A DNA stretch of 64,000 bases, taken from positions 118,625-182,624 of the forward strand of contig JAJYXM010000016.1 of the NCBI GenBank assembly GCA_021796435.1. The letters run 5' to 3'. The notes beneath the pieces are model-generated. The model searched no databases and was not told the DNA's origin. It saw only the letters and a list, made by a program, of their open reading frames with translations. This document shows, piece after piece, positions 59,867-64,000 of the stretch; position 1 is the stretch's first letter, and each line of letters begins with the position of its first letter. The translations under genes were made by a program, and so were the position numbers. The stretch comes from a bacterium (GTDB taxonomy: Bacteria; Patescibacteriota; Patescibacteriia; 2-12-FULL-60-25).

Positions 59867-60175
59867 TTACGAATAGATAGCGAGCAACATCAAGAATATA
59901 ATCGGGATGAGGGCGTAACGCCCCCTAGCGCTGTATAGCGCGACGATTATTCCGATGATGAGAATGAAGGCAAGGAAGCTTAAGGCGAGCGCACCTAAAA
60001 CTATGAATAGCTGCCAAAAGTATACCAAGAGGCACACGGCAAGTACTGCGCCTAAGATACACAGGGATATGCGCCAAAAGAGGAAGGCGAGTACGATCAC
60101 GACCAATGCAATGGTAGCCCCTAAGAGCCACGGCACAAGCGCACAGGCGATGATAAATAGAAGTAAGGCTATCAT
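59867..60175 (-). CDS. small membrane protein
   Basis: 102 aa, 3 TM helices. Confidence 0.4.
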   Translation of the reverse strand: MIALLLFIIACALVPWLLGATIALVVIVLAFLFWRISLCILGAVLAVCLLVYFWQLFIVLGALALSFLAFILIIGIIVALYSARGRYALIPIIFLMLLAIYS

Positions 60176-60412
60176 ATAATTGTTAGAATTGATCTTCCCT
60201 AGGCGCGCCGTTTAAGGCATCCACGAAAGATTGTGCGTTAGCTGTTGCTACCTCCATTATGGTGGCCTGTTTAGACATTCTCCTGATGGACGCAGAGGGG
60301 ACGCCGCAGTGCCAAGGCACGCTTTGTCCGGTGGATCAGTACTTTCATGGAGAACCAGCGACATCGAGTAAAACTCGACAGGCCGGTTCTCATAATTTTC
60401 CTCTCCTATTTC

Positions 60413-60568
60413 TCTCCTCCACGTCTATCGGGAGAATCGGCTCCCGTTTCTAGCGAATAACGGCGCTCGTCCCGTCGGATGACGGGATCAGAATCTCCGC
60501 GACTCGCTCCGCGTACGTTTGAGTACGCACCTGCCTGTCGGCAGACAGGTCTAGAAACGAAAGCCGCA
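60413..60568 (-). ncRNA. candidate structured RNA element, copy 1
   Basis: A 15-bp closing helix (60439-53 with 60551-65) encloses three hairpins. The element is paralogous to 61691-61836 and the helix shows compensatory changes between copies. Confidence 0.4.
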
Positions 60569-60678
60569 TATCAAGTGTTCTCCAGTCTAGTTTTAAAATT
60601 CCTGCCTGAGGCTGTGATGGGTATCACAGACTCGGGGGGATTGCCGAATTAGGGGTTCGGCGAGGAAGGGGTGGTGGG

Positions 60679-60924
60679 TTAGCGCTCGGGCTCGACGACG
60701 ACGTCGTTGAGTTCGATCTCGCGTTCGCCGTTGTTAGCGACGGCGACTGTCCCGGCCTTGGTCTGGACAACGAGAGTTTCGTTGAGCTCGATCAGCTTGC
60801 CGGTGGCGGTGTCGGGACGTGACGCGTCCACAAGAGTGTGGAACATCTGATTGACGCCGATGGCAGCGAGGCTGCCGACGCAAGGGGCGATGCACACGAG
60901 GCACAGAAACAGTGTCTTTTTCAT
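60679..60924 (-). CDS. small secreted protein
   Basis: AGGGGAGG SD then ATG; signal peptide MKKTLFLCLVCIAPCVGSLAA. Confidence 0.45.
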   Translation of the reverse strand: MKKTLFLCLVCIAPCVGSLAAIGVNQMFHTLVDASRPDTATGKLIELNETLVVQTKAGTVAVANNGEREIELNDVVVEPER

Positions 60925-61025
60925 CAGAACCTCCCCTTGAGATCGGAAGTGCTAACTTCTGAGCTCGAGGGGATTGCCGAATTAGGGGTTCGGCAAAGGT
61001 GTTCAGGTGGGAAGGTGCGGGGTGG

Positions 61026-61265
61026 CTAGTGACCCTTGCTGCGGCGGTGACGTCGGTGCGAGGCAGTCGAGGAGAACGCGGTTCCGTTATCGGGGGCGCG
61101 GCGGCGTTCGATGCGGTACGAAACCACATCAGACCCGCGCATCTCGACCGCGTTGACCACCATCTGCGGCGTCTCGACGTGCGGAGCGCGCTGACGTCGC
61201 GCTGGCCAGGGAGCGTCGGGGTCGTTGTGAGTGACACTGACTCCGCAATGCGTGTCGTACGGCAT
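61026..61265 (-). CDS. small basic protein
   Basis: AAGGAGA SD then ATG; 79 aa. Confidence 0.35.
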   Translation of the reverse strand: MPYDTHCGVSVTHNDPDAPWPARRQRAPHVETPQMVVNAVEMRGSDVVSYRIERRRAPDNGTAFSSTASHRRHRRSKGH

Positions 61266-61690
61266 GGAGCGTCTCCTTGTGAAGGTGGTGCAGGGACGAA
61301 GGATATTCGCCACTACGGTCAGACTTTGGTGACAGCTGGCTCAAAATCTTGAATGTTTCATGATCTTGAGCCAGCGCTGGAACAGAATCGTTCCAGCGAG
61401 GAGGAGTCTTGGCGACGGAAGGTTGGAGGCAAACACCTTCTGTTTCTCTTGTTTAGAGAGTTTTGGCCCTGCTTAACAGGGCACCCCCGAGTTTTAAGCC
61501 CCGTATCTAGGTGGGCGCCGCCAAAAATTTCGTCAGAATTTCTCCCGACAGATGTAGAGGGGATAGTCGCTGACATAAAGTCGGCGACACATCCGCGGAA
61601 CGTATGTTCAGAGTTCGCCAGCCGAAGCCGGCGATGTCTGACCTGTCCCGACCATCCCAGGATCCGGGTTCGGACTTAGGATGGGTTTTT

Positions 61691-61836
61691 CCTCCTCCAC
61701 GTCTGTATGGAGAATCGGCTTCCGTTTCTGGCGCATAACTTCGTCAGAATCTGTGCGACTCGCTTTGCGTACGTTTAAGTACGCGTCGCTCATTGCTCGA
61801 TTCTTCCTCGTTCTGCATCCAGAAACGAAAGCCGTG
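61691..61836 (-). ncRNA. candidate structured RNA element, copy 2
   Basis: Closing helix 61717-31 with 61819-33; shares the GCGTACGTTT(G/A)AGTACGC hairpin with copy 1. Confidence 0.4.
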
Positions 61837-62377
61837 ATTTTGTAAATGTTCGTTGAGCCTTTTTGCTTACAGGATTTTAGTTTCACCCAGGACGACACGA
61901 AGGGGATGTGAAGAGGCGAGAAGCCTTTCACATCCTTAGTCGCTTACTGCCAGAGTCGCCAGTAAATCGGCTTACGCCGCAACCGGCTGGTCTGGGTTCT
62001 TCGACCCTCTACGACAGATGCCGTGAGGCACTGCCGTAAGATCTCTCTCCTCCGCGTCGTCATGGGCGACTTAAAATAGACGCTTTCGGGCGTCTCGAAG
62101 GGCATCAAACATAAACCGGTCGGTTTTGGTTTGATTGGCGATTGGCCTCGCTCTCCTTTCGAGACTAGTTCGCTTTTAAATTGCGTGCTAACTGACGGAG
62201 TCCTCCATTAGTTAACGAAACACTATAGCACGTATTGATGGTTTTGTCAAGGGGTAAAGCAACAAAAGTATGTATTAATATTTGTCTAATTTTAGCTAAA
62301 TATTGGTTAGAAGCAAATTTTTATGTTAATTATCGCATTAAATTATACATTGCAGGATAAGCAAGCAAATTCTCCTC

Positions 62378-62406
62378 TTGACGAAGTTTTGATAATTTGA
62401 CATAAT
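62378..62406 (+). promoter_or_regulatory. sigma70-like promoter TTGACG-17-CATAAT for rpoB
   Basis: Good -35 and -10 elements with a 17-nt spacer in an AT-rich region about 400 nt upstream of the rpoB ATG. Confidence 0.5.
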
Positions 62407-62809
62407 CCGCGCACGAGATGCGGCTTGCCAGATGAGAGTAAAACTGCAGAATTCTCACCTGACCGGTCGTAACCCACTTCAATCTTGAATGGTTACGTCG
62501 CTAAAATAACGTGAAAAAGCAACGGATTTGACATCCGTGATTTTTGCGTCTGCGGCTGCATCTAGATTTCCACATTGTGTGGATGTCAGACAAAAGAAAA
62601 CGCCCTTTTCCCCAAATTATTAACTAACAGCGTACAGCTTGTCTTGTAGGCGCCTGGTCCGCACCGACGGCACGGTCCCAAAAGGATCATGGCCCGAACG
62701 GGATTGCTGTATATGTCTGTAGCAAAATATTTGCATGCCAAATTCAGTCTTCCGGCGCCAAGCCCCCAAGGAGCTTGAACGTCGATACTTTACGGCGTCA
62801 CGTGACGCA

Positions 62810-64000
62810 ATGGCCTTGCCGGATCTCATCGAGATCCAAAAACAGAGCTATCGCTGGTTCCTCGAGACAGGGATCCGCGACTTGCTCAAAGAGATCTCGC
62901 CGATCAAGGATTTCATCGGCCGCGACCTGGAACTCTCGTTCGTGGATTACTTTTTGGACGAGCCTAAGTTCGACGAGAAGACGTCGCGCGCCAAGAACAT
63001 CACTTTCGACGCTCCGTTGCGCGTCAAGACGCGCTTGGTGAACAAGCGTTCAGGGGAATCGAAAGAGCAGGAAGTCTATCTGGGCGACATCCCGGTCATG
63101 ACGGATCGCGGTACGTTCATCGTGAACGGCATCGAACGCTGCGTGGTTTCGCAGCTGGTGCGTTCGGCAGGTGCATTCTTCACCGCTGAGCTTTACCGCA
63201 ACCGTCGTTACTATGGAGCCAAGGTCATACCGGATCGCGGTGCCTGGCTCGAATTCGAGACTGACCAGAATAACGTCATCTGGGTGAAGATAGACCGCAA
63301 GCGCAAAGTGGCCGCTACGTCGCTTTTGCGCGCTTTCGGTTACAGCACCAATGAAGAGATATTGGAGCTTTTCAAGGACGCAGACATCCATCCGCTCAAC
63401 CACTATATAGAAGCGACGATAGGGAAGGATGCCGCAAGCAACGAAGACGAGGGGCATATCGAGGTCTACAAACGCATACGTCCGGGAGACATGGCGACTG
63501 CAGACAACGCGAAGTCGTTGATCCATGCCATGTTCTTCAAGTTCGAGCGCTATGACCTGGGTGCCGTCGGCCGCTACAAGTTCAACCAACGTTTCGGTTT
63601 GCCGGTCGTGGTCGAAGATGTGGCCAAAGAAGAGAACCGCATCCTGACCAAGGAGGATCTCGTCCTGATACTGAAGGAGATCATCCGTCTGAATAACATG
63701 CAGGAAGAACCGGATGACGTAGACCACTTAGGAAATCGTCGCGTACGTGCCATCGGTGAATTGGTGAAGGGCCGCTTCCGCATCGGTTTGGCTCGCATGG
63801 AGCGCATCGTCAAGGATCGCATGTCTACGCAGGACATCACCTTGATTTCGCCGGCGAAACTCATCAACGCACGTCCGGTCATCGGCGCGGTGCGCGAGTT
63901 CTTCATGAGTTCGCAGCTTTCGCAGTTCATGGACCAGACGAATCCGCTTTCCGAATTGGAGCATCGTCGCCGTCTGTCGGCCATGGGTCCTGGAGGTCTG
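62810..64000 (+). CDS. rpoB: DNA-directed RNA polymerase beta subunit (5' part; runs off the window end)
   Basis: Translation MALPDLIEIQKQSYRWFLETGIRDLLKEISPI...GNRRVRAIGELV... is an unmistakable RpoB N-terminus. Not in the supplied ORF track because no stop falls within the window. Confidence 0.9.
   Translation, partial: MALPDLIEIQKQSYRWFLETGIRDLLKEISPIKDFIGRDLELSFVDYFLDEPKFDEKTSRAKNITFDAPLRVKTRLVNKRSGESKEQEVYLGDIPVMTDRGTFIVNGIERCVVSQLVRSAGAFFTAELYRNRRYYGAKVIPDRGAWLEFETDQNNVIWVKIDRKRKVAATSLLRAFGYSTNEEILELFKDADIHPLNHYIEATIGKDAASNEDEGHIEVYKRIRPGDMATADNAKSLIHAMFFKFERYDLGAVGRYKFNQRFGLPVVVEDVAKEENRILTKEDLVLILKEIIRLNNMQEEPDDVDHLGNRRVRAIGELVKGRFRIGLARMERIVKDRMSTQDITLISPAKLINARPVIGAVREFFMSSQLSQFMDQTNPLSELEHRRRLSAMGPGGL

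Noticed and set aside
61358-61576. 72-aa minus-strand ORF
   Set aside because: Low-complexity translation with no SD, and the region is full of hairpins. More likely non-coding.
62775-63041. 88-aa ORF at the rpoB start
   Set aside because: A different frame gives a clear RpoB N-terminus, so this is a spurious overlap.
1-64000. CRISPR array
   Set aside because: No series of regularly spaced identical direct repeats was found. The repeat families present are palindromic and irregularly spaced.

Overview
The window reads as a small-genome bacterium, possibly from the Candidate Phyla Radiation (CPR). Housekeeping genes run along the + strand and in minus-strand blocks: ruvB, mntH-like NRAMP, PolX, leuS, ugd, comEC-like, recA, ftsK, a partial rpoB, and two tRNAs. 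GC-rich and AT-rich accessory patches sit between them.

The most unusual locus is a GC-rich island at about 17.6-22.0 kb. It carries a retron-type reverse transcriptase (NAxxH, YADD and VTG motifs) with a roughly 200-nt structured leader that could be its msr/msd RNA. Upstream on the same strand is a tightly coupled operon of six tiny Pro/Asp-rich ORFs. Three of these are paralogs that share a conserved stop/RBS/start junction. Next comes an orphan 368-aa protein. The three modules are delimited by three copies of the same palindromic terminator element.

Several other things stand out:
- A putative SOS regulon with GTTC-N7-GTTC direct-repeat boxes upstream of lexA, of a recombinase/GIY-YIG/dinB region, and of recA.
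- A tyrosine recombinase followed by short gene cassettes punctuated by a family of roughly 35-nt imperfect palindromic repeats.
- Two diverged copies of a roughly 150-nt element whose long closing helix shows compensatory base changes, suggesting a structured RNA.
- An sdpR/sdpI-like pair with a near-consensus leaderless promoter.
- Several large secreted proteins.

No CRISPR array was seen.
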